Assembly: GCA_038045945.1 (NCBI GenBank)
Contig: JBBSXC010000005.1
Coordinates: 1-60,344 of the forward strand
DNA from: Nanobdellota archaeon
GTDB lineage: Archaea; Nanobdellota; Nanobdellia; Pacearchaeales; GW2011-AR1
Reading direction: 5' to 3'
DNA length: 60,344 nt
In this document: positions 17,828-28,182 of the stretch, piece after piece
How positions within the stretch are numbered: the stretch's first letter is position 1
Layout of the letters: the number at the start of each line of letters is the position of its first letter
The notes under the pieces: generated by a model
What the model saw: only the letters and a program-made list of their open reading frames with translations
The model's database searches: none
Told to the model about the DNA's origin: nothing
Translations under genes and position numbers: made by a program

Positions 17828-19510
17828 ATGGTTGATAATATTGATGAAAAAATATATGCGTACGCATTAGACAACGCTTATAATCACGGCGGTCGAGCAC
17901 AAGACGGAGCGGTACTGTCACACTTATTCAAAGACGGACTCCAAAAAGAAGAAATAAAGGAAGTTATGCCTAAAATAAAAGAAATAATAAAGAAGGTTAA
18001 CTCACTAAAAAAAGAAGAGTTAGATGAAGCATTCTCAAACTACAAAAAAGATTTTGAAAAACTAAAAGAGATAAACAAACAAAACACTAGACAAGAAGGA
18101 GAATTACCAGAATTGCCAGGAGCAATAAAAGGAAAAGTAGTAACAAGACTACCACCAGAACCATCAAAATACAATCATCTAGGCCACGCACTATCATTCT
18201 TACTAAACTACCTTTACGCACAAAAATACGAAGGAAAATGCATACTAAGATTCGAAGACACAAACCCAGAAAAAGTAAGCAAAGAATTCATAAAATCAAT
18301 GAAGGAAGACATTGAAGGATACTTAGACATAAAGGTTGATGAAACAAGATACGTATCTGATGACATGGAAATGCTCTACAAAATGGCATTGCAACTAATA
18401 AACCAAGAAAAGGCGTTTATGTGTTTTTGCGACAGAGAAGCATTACAAAATAATAGGCATCAAGGTTTAGCTTGCGTTTGCAGAGCAAACAGCAAAGAAA
18501 AAAACCTCCAAGAATGGGAAAAATTCAAAAAAGGAAAATACAAAGAAGGAGAAGCAACCTTGAGAATACGCGGAGACATGAAAGCATTAAACCACACAAT
18601 GAGAGACTCAGTAATTTTCAGATACTTAAAAGCAAGCCATTACAAATACAAAAAAAAGTATAAGGTTTGGCCAATGTACGACTTTTACAACCCAATTGAG
18701 GACAGCTCTATGGGAGTAACCCACATCTTAAGAAGTAATGAGTTCGAACAAAGAGAAGAATTACACGACTACATAAGAGGATTATTAGGATTAAGCAAAC
18801 AAACAATGGTTCAGTACGGAAGATTCAACGTTGAAGGTTCCACTACTAAAGGAAGAGAAATAAGAGAGATGATTGAATCTGGAGAATACTTAGGATGGGA
18901 CGACCCAAGACTAATGACTCTAAGAGCATTAAAGAGAAGGGGAATAACAAAAGAGGCAATTTATGAACTAGCAAAAAAAGTAGGGTTATCAAGATACCAA
19001 GTAAACTTCCAATTCGAAATGATAGCAGCACTAAACAGAAAAATAATAGACCCGATAGCAAACAGATACTTCTTCGTTGAATTGCCAAAAAAAATAGTTA
19101 TAGAAAAGTTCCCTGGCAGCATGAACAACATAGAACTCGCTATACACCCGGATAAAACAACTTTGAGAAAAATAAAGGCCGGACCAATAATATACGTAGC
19201 AAATAAAGATTTTGAGGAAAACAAAGACAAACAAGTAAGACTTATGAGCTTATTCAACATTAAAATGCAAGAAAAAACTGTTATGTCAGAAGACCACACC
19301 AGATCAATACAAAAAATTCAGTGGGTTAGCGAAAAATTCAAAACAAAAGCAAGAATAATGATGCCAGACGCAAAATGGGCGGAAGGACTAGCAGAAAAAA
19401 ACATAGAAAAACTAAAAGTGGGAGAAATGATACAATTCGAAAGAGTGGGATTCTGTAGATTTGACAAAAAGAAAGGAAAAACATACGAATTCTGGTACGC
19501 ACACAAATAG
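17828..19510 (+). CDS. gltX: glutamate--tRNA ligase (archaeal type)
   Basis: RLPPEPSKYNHLGH (HIGH), RFEDTNPE, STTKG (KMSK variant), GWDDPRLMTL and QFERVGF. Confidence 0.95.
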   Translation: MVDNIDEKIYAYALDNAYNHGGRAQDGAVLSHLFKDGLQKEEIKEVMPKIKEIIKKVNSLKKEELDEAFSNYKKDFEKLKEINKQNTRQEGELPELPGAIKGKVVTRLPPEPSKYNHLGHALSFLLNYLYAQKYEGKCILRFEDTNPEKVSKEFIKSMKEDIEGYLDIKVDETRYVSDDMEMLYKMALQLINQEKAFMCFCDREALQNNRHQGLACVCRANSKEKNLQEWEKFKKGKYKEGEATLRIRGDMKALNHTMRDSVIFRYLKASHYKYKKKYKVWPMYDFYNPIEDSSMGVTHILRSNEFEQREELHDYIRGLLGLSKQTMVQYGRFNVEGSTTKGREIREMIESGEYLGWDDPRLMTLRALKRRGITKEAIYELAKKVGLSRYQVNFQFEMIAALNRKIIDPIANRYFFVELPKKIVIEKFPGSMNNIELAIHPDKTTLRKIKAGPIIYVANKDFEENKDKQVRLMSLFNIKMQEKTVMSEDHTRSIQKIQWVSEKFKTKARIMMPDAKWAEGLAEKNIEKLKVGEMIQFERVGFCRFDKKKGKTYEFWYAHK

Positions 19511-19593
19511 ACTGCCCTATTTTGTCAAGAAAAGTACAACTCCAGTTTATATAGGAATTATTAAATATCTCCTAATGTTAATAAGAGAATAAA

Positions 19594-19935
19594 ATGGTTA
19601 CGACTCCAGAATCAACTTATAGGTTTTTAGGAAGAAGAGACCTCCATGTGATTCCATCAATTGCCCCAAGAGACACTAAAATGTATATGACTGGAAGCGT
19701 AGAAGCTCAAGAAGTGAAATATGATAAAGAACCTGATGGAAGCTACACTGCACAAATAGTTGACGGGTGTAATCGTTCCCCACCACTAAAAGAATCAAAA
19801 GTAGTAAGAAACGGCCCCATTGAAAAACTTGAAGCAATGCTCAGAGAGGTACTAATAGCAGAACCCCCAATCAGGATAAGAATAATAAGAGAGAGAAAAG
19901 GAGCAAACTCCTGGAATATTTGCGTAAAATCATAA
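19594..19935 (+). CDS. hypothetical protein
   Basis: 113-aa ORF between gltX and elp3. Confidence 0.55.
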   Translation: MVTTPESTYRFLGRRDLHVIPSIAPRDTKMYMTGSVEAQEVKYDKEPDGSYTAQIVDGCNRSPPLKESKVVRNGPIEKLEAMLREVLIAEPPIRIRIIRERKGANSWNICVKS

Positions 19936-21459
19936 CTTCTTGACCATATAAAAACCTTGTAGTTCGTATCCCATCTTCCTATAATAATCACGAACTCCAA
20001 CCCCACTAATAACAGCTATTTTTTTAAAACCAGCATTTCTTGTTAATTCTTCAGCTTTTGCCATTAATTCTTTACCAAGACCTGAATGCTGAACAACGTT
20101 ATCAGCTTCATTATGATAATCACTAATTTTTAGAGCCTTACCATAAACATGTAATTCTCTAACAATAGCACAACCTTCTAAGTCAGAAATAAAGGTTTTG
20201 TAAGGAAACCTCAAACGTAACAAACCAAAGAGAACCTGATCCTTATTAACAACTTGTAAAAACAATTCTTTACCCTTACTGCTTGCGTACTCTAAAACGT
20301 TTATTTGCGTTTTGTAATCATCAGTTTTAATAAAACCTATCTCACGAAGCCTAATCTCGCTAGACTTAGTAGTTTTATCTTTAAACTCTTTTTCTATTTC
20401 GTTACGTAAATCAATCCTCTTAAGACCAGCAATAACATAAACTGGTGGAAGTTCCCTCATAACCCTCATAACACGACAATAAGGAGGAACCCTTGCTACC
20501 ATCTTTACCAAAATATCCTTAGTTTCCTCTTCATCATAAGGCTTGTACAAACCCTTAGCGTAATCTTCTTCTAACTGAGCACCCTTAATAACTTGACAAG
20601 GATAAAGCTTGAGTTGATCAGGACGAAAATCTTCACTATCAAAAAGCGCGTTAAACATCTCTAAATCTTTTTGCGGATTACTACCAGGCAATCCAGGCAT
20701 GACATGATAACCGATCTTAAAACCAGAATCCTTAAGCCTACGAGTAGAATCAACAACATCCTTAACAGTATGACCCCTGTTAACCAACTCATAAATTTTG
20801 TCATCAGGCATCTGAATACCAAGTTCAACCCTTGTACAACCATAATCTAACATTTCAACAATTTCTTTTTCTGAACAATTATCAGGACGAGTCTCAATAC
20901 ATAAAGCAACGCAACGATTAGAAGCCGTTTCATTAATCCTTTTAGATTCTTCTAAATCCTTAGCCGGAACACCACCGTTTAACGCATCAAAACAAGCTTT
21001 AATGAAACGATACTTAAATTGTTGAGGGTATTGTAAAAATGTTCCACCAAGAATTATTATCTCAACCTTATCAGTAGGATGACCCATTTTTTGAAAAGCT
21101 TTAAGCCTAGCCTCAACTTGTTTTGACGGACTAAAATTAAGAAGCCTAGCCCTCATAACAGCAGGAGACAGTGGAGTGTAAGATTGAGGAGCACCGTGAT
21201 GTGTTGGACAAAAAGTACACGTCCCATGATCACAAGCACGCCAGGGAAGAACAACAGTTAAAGGAGCAACACCACTAATAGTTTTTGTTGGCTTACGCAA
21301 AACACTTTTTTTAGCAGTCTTAATTATTGATAATTCTGAATCATCAACAATTTTATTCTCATTATCAGTGGTCTTAGCAAGTGCTACCTTGGAACCATCA
21401 CTTTGCTTAACCTTCTTTGCGATATATGCCTTTCTTAATGTATTTTGTTTACTGACCAT
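19930..21459 (-). CDS. elp3: tRNA uridine(34) carboxymethyltransferase Elp3 (radical SAM + GNAT)
   Basis: CDHGTCTFC, GGTF, IETRPD, ELGIQ, RGH, RELHVYG, QHSGLG and ISGVGVRDYY. Confidence 0.95.
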   Translation of the reverse strand: MVSKQNTLRKAYIAKKVKQSDGSKVALAKTTDNENKIVDDSELSIIKTAKKSVLRKPTKTISGVAPLTVVLPWRACDHGTCTFCPTHHGAPQSYTPLSPAVMRARLLNFSPSKQVEARLKAFQKMGHPTDKVEIIILGGTFLQYPQQFKYRFIKACFDALNGGVPAKDLEESKRINETASNRCVALCIETRPDNCSEKEIVEMLDYGCTRVELGIQMPDDKIYELVNRGHTVKDVVDSTRRLKDSGFKIGYHVMPGLPGSNPQKDLEMFNALFDSEDFRPDQLKLYPCQVIKGAQLEEDYAKGLYKPYDEEETKDILVKMVARVPPYCRVMRVMRELPPVYVIAGLKRIDLRNEIEKEFKDKTTKSSEIRLREIGFIKTDDYKTQINVLEYASSKGKELFLQVVNKDQVLFGLLRLRFPYKTFISDLEGCAIVRELHVYGKALKISDYHNEADNVVQHSGLGKELMAKAEELTRNAGFKKIAVISGVGVRDYYRKMGYELQGFYMVKKL

Positions 21460-21712
21460 TGCCGATATATAGTTTGAAACGAATGAATGTATTTAAAGAC
21501 TTTTAGGTAAAAAGTAATTATGCAGACGGAAAATACAGTAACAAACAATTCTTCGACTAGCGATCAGGTCTGCAAATTACTCTCACATAAGTGAGCATAT
21601 CTCTCTAGGGTAGGGGGAGGTGTAAAAGGGGTGTAAAATTATTATGTAAGACCTCTTTTGTAAAAAAGCTGAATATAACAAAAAATAAAAAGTTGAAAAG
21701 CATAGTTATTTC

Positions 21713-22600
21713 ATGGGATGGAGAGAAGTTCGCAGAGAAGGAAGTAAAGATGTTATTTATGAAGATGGAGTAAGAATCGGAACTATAAAGAATGGAAGTA
21801 CGCCCTATGGTTTTGGTAGAGAAGACACAATAAGGAATGAAAGAGGAGAAAGAATAGGTTATTATGATGGGGATGAAATTTATGATGCTGATGATAGAAG
21901 AGTGGGCAGAAGAAATGATGAGAAAATCTTTGGTTTCAAAACTGGTCAAGTGGAAATAAGGGATAGAGATTACGATAGAGTTTCAACAGAAAGAGAACTA
22001 CTAGACAGAAAAAGTTCAGGAAACTCATCAGGGAGAATAAGCTATAGAGATAATAGCATAAGAGAGAGAAAAAGAATACCTTCTCCAAGTGGTGGAGACG
22101 GAACAATTTTTTGTACATGCTCAGAATCTTGCAGAGAACAAACTAAATCAAAATTAATAGCATGTGGAATTTTTTTCGGATTAGTTAGCTTAATAGGATT
22201 GTTTGTTTATGAGACTACTGGAGACCGCGACCCAATAAAAAAGAGGAATAGTCATAATCATCAAAGTACACCCCCTAAAGAAGATGGTAGAGACCAAATA
22301 CACATATATCACATTAAAGGAGGAAATTCTGCAAAAGTAGAACTAGAAACCGAGAGATGGTCAGAACCAATATACATCCATTCAAAAATTCCATGCATCA
22401 TCAACCTCAGGTACGAGACTAATAATCGTAATGGGTATTCGGATGGAATAATAAGGTTTGTTAATGGAGAAACAGGTTCAACAAACCGATTTGGAAATTA
22501 TGATGATAGACTTTTGAGCAGATTACAATTTAAATCTAGAGGACTACTAGAAGGAGAAAAGCAATCCGTAACAATCTCACTAGAGAAAAAGATTCATTAA
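21713..22600 (+). CDS. single-pass membrane protein with N-terminal beta-hairpin repeats
   Basis: Repeats IYEDGVRIG / IRNERGERIG / IYDADDRRVG, CxCxxxC, and a TM helix around aa 148-167. Confidence 0.7.
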   Translation: MGWREVRREGSKDVIYEDGVRIGTIKNGSTPYGFGREDTIRNERGERIGYYDGDEIYDADDRRVGRRNDEKIFGFKTGQVEIRDRDYDRVSTERELLDRKSSGNSSGRISYRDNSIRERKRIPSPSGGDGTIFCTCSESCREQTKSKLIACGIFFGLVSLIGLFVYETTGDRDPIKKRNSHNHQSTPPKEDGRDQIHIYHIKGGNSAKVELETERWSEPIYIHSKIPCIINLRYETNNRNGYSDGIIRFVNGETGSTNRFGNYDDRLLSRLQFKSRGLLEGEKQSVTISLEKKIH

Positions 22601-22603
22601 GAT

Positions 22604-23242
22604 TCAAGGCTTCTTAGCGTAAACTTCTATGTTGTGTCTAAATATTCTGTTATCCTTGCCGGTATAACTGTCCTTAACAACTTTTATTATTTTAAATCCA
22701 GCACCAGTTAATAATTTTAAGAATTCGCCCTCAGTAAAATAGTAATAGTATCTTTTGTAAGACACACCATCAACAAGAAAGCCAATCATTTCCTCATGCT
22801 TACCCTTAGCTATATCCCTAGACTTATCCCAAGTACTAATCATTAATTCTCCACCACTTTTCATAACACGAAAAAGTTCGTTGATAGCTTCCTTGCGATC
22901 ATCCTCGCTTTGGATACAATGAATTGTTGAGATACAAATAGCACTATCAAAAAATTCGTCATTGAATGGTAAATCAAAAGCATCAGCAAGAACTCCCTGG
23001 AAGCTAACACCTAAATTTTTAGCTTTAATAGAAGCGTTTTCTAATTGTTTTTCTGAAAAATCAACACCATAAACTTTTGCTTTAATAGGATAGATGTTTC
23101 TTCCGCTACCACAACCCAGATCTAAAACGTTACCTTTTTTGTCTTTTAAGAATTCTTCAACTACAAGTATTCCATCTTTTCTGTACTCTGACCATGTGTC
23201 AGCAATACTATCCCAAACTTCCTTCTGGCTTATCTGTTTCAT
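22604..23242 (-). CDS. class I SAM methyltransferase, Trm9/ALKBH8-like (putative cm5U34 methyltransferase)
   Basis: VLDLGCGSGRN, FDSAICISTIH, R..AINELFRVMKSGG...ISTW and RYYYYFTEGE. Confidence 0.75.
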   Translation of the reverse strand: MKQISQKEVWDSIADTWSEYRKDGILVVEEFLKDKKGNVLDLGCGSGRNIYPIKAKVYGVDFSEKQLENASIKAKNLGVSFQGVLADAFDLPFNDEFFDSAICISTIHCIQSEDDRKEAINELFRVMKSGGELMISTWDKSRDIAKGKHEEMIGFLVDGVSYKRYYYYFTEGEFLKLLTGAGFKIIKVVKDSYTGKDNRIFRHNIEVYAKKP

Positions 23243-23789
23243 CTTTCTTTTCTATCTGAGGGTTTATTTCATAAAACTCTAATTTTTCATCAACTAAAGG
23301 CTTCTTAACAGTACTAATTAAACTCATAAGATTAATAAGTTCAAACTTTGAAACAACACTATCAGAATCACGAACCCTTATTTTTATGAAATCAGTATTA
23401 GTTAATATTGCATTAACACCCCAAACAACTTCTAAATCCTTCTTTTGAACAACAGCAATAACTTTTTGCAAACCTAAAAGTATCTCTTTCTTATTAAGCT
23501 CAGCCTTAATTATCTCAACAACCTCATCAACACCCAGCCTTATTTCTCCTAACTCATCAAGCCTTTTCTCAACTAATTGCTCAGAAATTTTGTGATTACC
23601 AGCCAAATCAAAACTAGCAATTTTTTTAGTAGAGGGAATATAATAATCAAGACTTCTTTGTGAAGCACTCTCATTCTGAAAATCGATTATGAAAAAGCCT
23701 ATCCCCAAATAAGCATCAGGATTACTTTTATGAAAATCCTTAAAACCAGGAGTATTTTCAATAGTCACTCTCATATCAACAAGACTCAT
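23208..23789 (-). CDS. hypothetical protein
   Basis: 193 aa; overlaps the methyltransferase start, suggesting an operon. Confidence 0.7.
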   Translation of the reverse strand: MSLVDMRVTIENTPGFKDFHKSNPDAYLGIGFFIIDFQNESASQRSLDYYIPSTKKIASFDLAGNHKISEQLVEKRLDELGEIRLGVDEVVEIIKAELNKKEILLGLQKVIAVVQKKDLEVVWGVNAILTNTDFIKIRVRDSDSVVSKFELINLMSLISTVKKPLVDEKLEFYEINPQIEKKDETDKPEGSLG

Positions 23790-23870
23790 AAAAAATACGA
23801 AGAAAGGGCAGTTTTTAAGGATATTGGGATAGTTAGCAAGGATTAAAAATGAGTGTTTATTACAAGTATA

Positions 23871-24158
23871 ATGTTAGAAAGAACTGACAGAACAATCAGC
23901 GAACCATTATTTTCTCTCAAAAGACTAATACCTTTCTATTCAACAGCTGTTAATGCAGAGTACATGAAAAAAGAACACGGCGATAACTGGTACGTCCTTA
24001 GTTCGGGAATAGATGGATTATTATTAGAAGAACGAAAGGGTGACATAACACAAAGACTAGGCGACGAATTAGTGTCAAACATGATAATGCTATTAGACCT
24101 GGGAATATTAGCAGCCGAAGTAGCAGCAGTTTACCAAATAGGTAAAGAAATATTATAA
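23871..24158 (+). CDS. hypothetical protein
   Basis: Short ORF with a hydrophobic C-terminus. Confidence 0.5.
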   Translation: MLERTDRTISEPLFSLKRLIPFYSTAVNAEYMKKEHGDNWYVLSSGIDGLLLEERKGDITQRLGDELVSNMIMLLDLGILAAEVAAVYQIGKEIL

Positions 24159-24221
24159 AAAAATTAGTAAGAGTTAAAAACACTTATTTTTAGCTTTGAG
24201 ATTTTAATTTTGACAAACAAA

Positions 24222-24980
24222 TCATACTCTAATCTTACTTATTTCACCCTCATGTTTTTTTACAAAATCGTAAGATCTTCTTAAGAAGTCTTCAAAGTCC
24301 TTACGAGAGTCATATATTTCTCCAAGTTGGTCAAGTAAAGGCCTCCCACCAATAACGGCTTTCTTCCAAGCGCTATAAACTCTAGGTTGGTGAGGAATAA
24401 CTTTCTGGATTCTCGGGTCTGAAAGAACTGCATGAGGAACCATTTCACTTAATTTCCAAACTAAGTGAGGGTTCTCAAACTCCTGTTTAGGAGTTTGGGG
24501 GAAAACTTTTTTCCACTTATCAAAATAAAGAAAATGCAGTAATTCATGAGCGTTTAACTCTCTCATTTCCTGAGGGGTTCTCTTATGATAGATATCAAAA
24601 GTGTGATAGTCTAAAAACCTAGGGCTAACAGGATTCATTGAAACTCTAGCATCAAAATTTTGAGAACCTTCATACCATGGAGTCTGGACAACATCCGAAA
24701 GAGCAGTCATGAAATTGTCATTAACCTTATCCCAAGAACGCTGAAAAGAACGACTCTTCTTATTAAGAGTTTCAAGATTATTAGCATACTCCCTGGCAAA
24801 ATATTCATTCACCAAGGCTTCTCCCTTTTTATCATCACTAACTCCAGCCAAAGATTTTTCTAACTCGGGGTATTCGTGAATTGTTGATTTACTCCAAGGA
24901 TGCTTGCTAGACATAAACGCATGAATAAGAGGCATCATTTTTTTATGTTCAATAACTTTAAACTTCACTTTAGGAATCAT
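24222..24980 (-). CDS. putative zincin metallopeptidase-like protein
   Basis: HELLH (HExxH) followed by a downstream Glu in W.LSE. Confidence 0.65.
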   Translation of the reverse strand: MIPKVKFKVIEHKKMMPLIHAFMSSKHPWSKSTIHEYPELEKSLAGVSDDKKGEALVNEYFAREYANNLETLNKKSRSFQRSWDKVNDNFMTALSDVVQTPWYEGSQNFDARVSMNPVSPRFLDYHTFDIYHKRTPQEMRELNAHELLHFLYFDKWKKVFPQTPKQEFENPHLVWKLSEMVPHAVLSDPRIQKVIPHQPRVYSAWKKAVIGGRPLLDQLGEIYDSRKDFEDFLRRSYDFVKKHEGEISKIRV

Positions 24981-25074
24981 GATAAATTAATAATTAGCAA
25001 GTATAAAAAAGTTAACATTATTAATAAGTAATCATTTTAGAAGGATTTAAAACCGTATTTTACCCTAAAAAAAT

Positions 25075-26073
25075 ATGGCAAAAATTGACCAAAATAATGA
25101 GACCGTAGCTAAGGCTAACCTTTTAAGAAAAAGCGAAGAAATTAGTGGGTTAACAATTAAAGGTTACGACTTTGATAAAGGTGTAAACTGGGAAAACATC
25201 ATTGATAGTTACTCAAGCACAGGATTTCAAGCAACACACTTGTCACGTGCTATAGAGATAGTTAATGAGATGAGAAAAAATCAAGCGTTCATTTATCTAG
25301 GTTACACTTCAAACATGGTAAGTAGCGGCCTCCGAGACATTTTCAGGTTCTTAGTTAAGAATAAAATGGTTAATTTTGTTGTAACAAGCGCTGGAGGAAT
25401 AGAAGAGGACATAATAAAGTGTTTAGGAAGCTTCATTTTAGGAGACTTCAAAGCTAACGGCGCAGACTTAAGAAAAAAAGGGATAAACAGAATAGGAAAC
25501 ATCTTTGTCCCAAATAATCGTTATGTAGATTTTGAGTCATTCTTCCAAGAGATACTTGAAGAATTATACCAAGAGCAAAAAAAGACAGGTAAAATAGTTT
25601 CCTCATCAGAACTAATATGGAAACTCGGAGAAAAAATCGATAATCAAGAAAGCATTTATTATTGGGCAGCAAAAAACAAGATAAGAGTTCACTGCCCAGC
25701 AATAAGCGACGGAGCAATCGGTGACAACATATACTTTTTCAAGTTCAAACACCCAGACTTCGCAATAGACTTAACGCAGGACATAAAAATTATTAATGAC
25801 ACAACAATAGGACTAAAAAAGTCAGGACTAATAATTCTTGGTAGTGGAATGATTAAACACGCAATCCTTAATGCAAACATGCTTAGAAACGGAGCAGACT
25901 ACTCAGTGTACATTAATAATTCTCAAGAATTTGACGGAAGCGATGCTGGTGCAACACCAGATGAAGCTGTAAGCTGGGGGAAAATCTTACCAGGAGCAAA
26001 ATCAGTGAAAGTCTTTGGAGACGCAACAATACTATTCCCAATAATAGTAGCAAAAACATTCGCAAAAAAATAA
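25075..26073 (+). CDS. dys: deoxyhypusine synthase
   Basis: TGFQAT, GYTSNMVSSGLR, GGIEED, GINRIGN, FDGSDAGA.PDEAVSWGK and DATI.FP. Confidence 0.95.
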   Translation: MAKIDQNNETVAKANLLRKSEEISGLTIKGYDFDKGVNWENIIDSYSSTGFQATHLSRAIEIVNEMRKNQAFIYLGYTSNMVSSGLRDIFRFLVKNKMVNFVVTSAGGIEEDIIKCLGSFILGDFKANGADLRKKGINRIGNIFVPNNRYVDFESFFQEILEELYQEQKKTGKIVSSSELIWKLGEKIDNQESIYYWAAKNKIRVHCPAISDGAIGDNIYFFKFKHPDFAIDLTQDIKIINDTTIGLKKSGLIILGSGMIKHAILNANMLRNGADYSVYINNSQEFDGSDAGATPDEAVSWGKILPGAKSVKVFGDATILFPIIVAKTFAKK

Positions 26074-26111
26074 GTAGTTTTATATAAGATTTTATTCTGA
26101 ATAAAAGTAAA

Positions 26112-26726
26112 ATGTTTAACTTAACAAAAGAGGAATTATCAATTCTAAAAAGACTCAAGAAAGCTTCAACCATACAGGACTTCATAAGCAAGATACCAAT
26201 TAATTATGATGATGAAAAAGATACTTGTTTATCACCAAGAGAAGTACTAAAACAAAAAAAAGCACACTGTATTGAAGGAGCAATGCTCGCAGCATTAGCA
26301 TTAAGAATTAACGGCCATAAACCACTAATTGTTGACTTAACAGCCACAGATGATGATTTTGATCACGTAATAGCAGTATTCAAAGAAGAAGGAAGGTGGG
26401 GCGCTATAAGTAAATCTAACCATGCAGTTTTAAGATATAGAGAACCGGTTTACAAATCAATAAGAGAATTAGTCATGAGTTATTTCCACGAATATTTTGA
26501 TGATAAAGGAAAAAAGAACCTAAGAAGCTATTCAAACCCGGTGGACTTATCAATCTTTGACAAAAAAGAGTGGATTACTAGCAACAAAGACGTGTGGTTT
26601 GTACCAGAACACTTAGTAAAAATCAAACACCATAAAATACTAAACAAAAAACAAATAAGCAGCCTAAGAAGAGCAGAAGATATTGAGATATTATCAGGAA
26701 AAAATGTTGAGTGGAAGAAGGATTAA
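26112..26726 (+). CDS. transglutaminase/papain-fold-like conserved protein
   Basis: AHCIEGAMLAA, DHVIAVF and WGAISKSN give a Cys/His catalytic-like pattern. Confidence 0.65.
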   Translation: MFNLTKEELSILKRLKKASTIQDFISKIPINYDDEKDTCLSPREVLKQKKAHCIEGAMLAALALRINGHKPLIVDLTATDDDFDHVIAVFKEEGRWGAISKSNHAVLRYREPVYKSIRELVMSYFHEYFDDKGKKNLRSYSNPVDLSIFDKKEWITSNKDVWFVPEHLVKIKHHKILNKKQISSLRRAEDIEILSGKNVEWKKD

Positions 26727-26759
26727 TCTACACATCTATTAATAATAGCAAAAAGATAA

Positions 26760-28163
26760 TTAAGCACTAACATTTTTCTTATCGTAAGTCCCTCTACTCA
26801 AATGAGCTTTCAAAGCAGCCAATCTCTCAAGCTTTATAGAATAACATTCAGCAATTTCTGCAGAACTGCAACCAGCTCTAAGTAATTCAACGGCACCCTC
26901 TCTTGAAATACTCTCCTTCCTTTTAGGAGGAACATAAGAAGAACCAAGATCAACACGAGGAGGCATCCTAAATTGTTCAAATGCTTCTACTTCTTTAGCT
27001 AAATCATCTGCTTCTTTGAGCCATTTTTCTACTCCAACTTGAGATGCTCTCGCAACTATTGCACCAGAACAATTCACTCCTTTAAGGAAAACCTCTTTCC
27101 CTTCAGGGTTATAAGTTAATAATTCGCTTACTCTCTGGAGGAGCTTGAAACGGGCTGGGTTGAATGAGACCATATCCACAAGCATTGGACTTTTTGAATT
27201 ACTTAAGTACTCATACCTCTCACATGAACGAGGCACATAAGGGCCAGTAACCCTAGCATTCATCAAGAATAACAACCTAAGGGAATCCCAAGCAGTAATT
27301 CCCATACTTGATATTGCGCTAATAGAGTCTTCATTCCTAACCCGGTAATATGCCTTTGAGATATTTGTTTCTCTGTCATTAATAGAGGATTTTGCCGCTC
27401 CCAACTTGGCCATATACTTTTTATGTTTCTCTATTTCCTCAGGCTTTTTTGAGTCTTCAAGAAGAGACCGCAGGCCTACATCATCAGAAAATAAATGTTT
27501 CCCAAGAGGATAATTTATTGAACCTCCTCTAAAGATACTCATAATTTCATAACTAATTCCATCACTTCGAGATTGTGCTAAATCTAAGTCCCCCATAACA
27601 TCCTCACCAACTTTTTCCACGTCCTCAGTTCGGAATATCTTCCCCTTTCTGAGCTGATAAGAATCTAGAATCGCCCTTGAATGACGGTATTTTAAGAGTC
27701 TTTGAAGGAATCGGTTTTCATGTCCAGAAAAGTAGACCGTATGCAAAACTCCCCGATTATCTAATATGTGTTTAGAAGCTATAGTCTCAAGAGTAAGAGC
27801 TTCTTTAAGAGTCATCTGACCCTTATAATCAAGACTAATAACATCAAACTTCTTATCAGTTCTTAAAAAGAAATTATGAGCATCATCACAAACAACATCA
27901 ATTCCCAAGCTCGCATTCCTCAACCTCTCAGCAGTCTTTCTATGATACTCCAGACCAACTATGTTCTCTCTAGGGATTCCAAGAGAATCATAAACTTCTT
28001 TAACTTCCAAAGCCTCTTCACCTTCACGCTCAGCACCAGGAAAACAAACAACACGAATATCACGAGCACGCTTAATAGGAAGAAGTTGCAGAGCTATAAA
28101 ATCACGAAGTTTTTCACGAGACTTCTGTTTAACAGGATCAACATAGGATTTATCAGAAGACAT
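26760..28163 (-). CDS. putative SAM-methyltransferase-fold protein with C-terminal HTH
   Basis: VCFPG..IVGLE..DDAH..FDVISLDY and the C-terminal ELLRAGCSSAEIAECY..LAALKAH. Confidence 0.6.
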   Translation of the reverse strand: MSSDKSYVDPVKQKSREKLRDFIALQLLPIKRARDIRVVCFPGAEREGEEALEVKEVYDSLGIPRENIVGLEYHRKTAERLRNASLGIDVVCDDAHNFFLRTDKKFDVISLDYKGQMTLKEALTLETIASKHILDNRGVLHTVYFSGHENRFLQRLLKYRHSRAILDSYQLRKGKIFRTEDVEKVGEDVMGDLDLAQSRSDGISYEIMSIFRGGSINYPLGKHLFSDDVGLRSLLEDSKKPEEIEKHKKYMAKLGAAKSSINDRETNISKAYYRVRNEDSISAISSMGITAWDSLRLLFLMNARVTGPYVPRSCERYEYLSNSKSPMLVDMVSFNPARFKLLQRVSELLTYNPEGKEVFLKGVNCSGAIVARASQVGVEKWLKEADDLAKEVEAFEQFRMPPRVDLGSSYVPPKRKESISREGAVELLRAGCSSAEIAECYSIKLERLAALKAHLSRGTYDKKNVSA

Positions 28164-28182
28164 ATTGCGATAATAAGAAAAT

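Noticed and set aside
21608-21640. G-rich tract as an origin recognition box (ORB)
   Set aside because: It lacks the TTCCAGTGGAAAC-like core, and no cdc6/orc1 gene is nearby.
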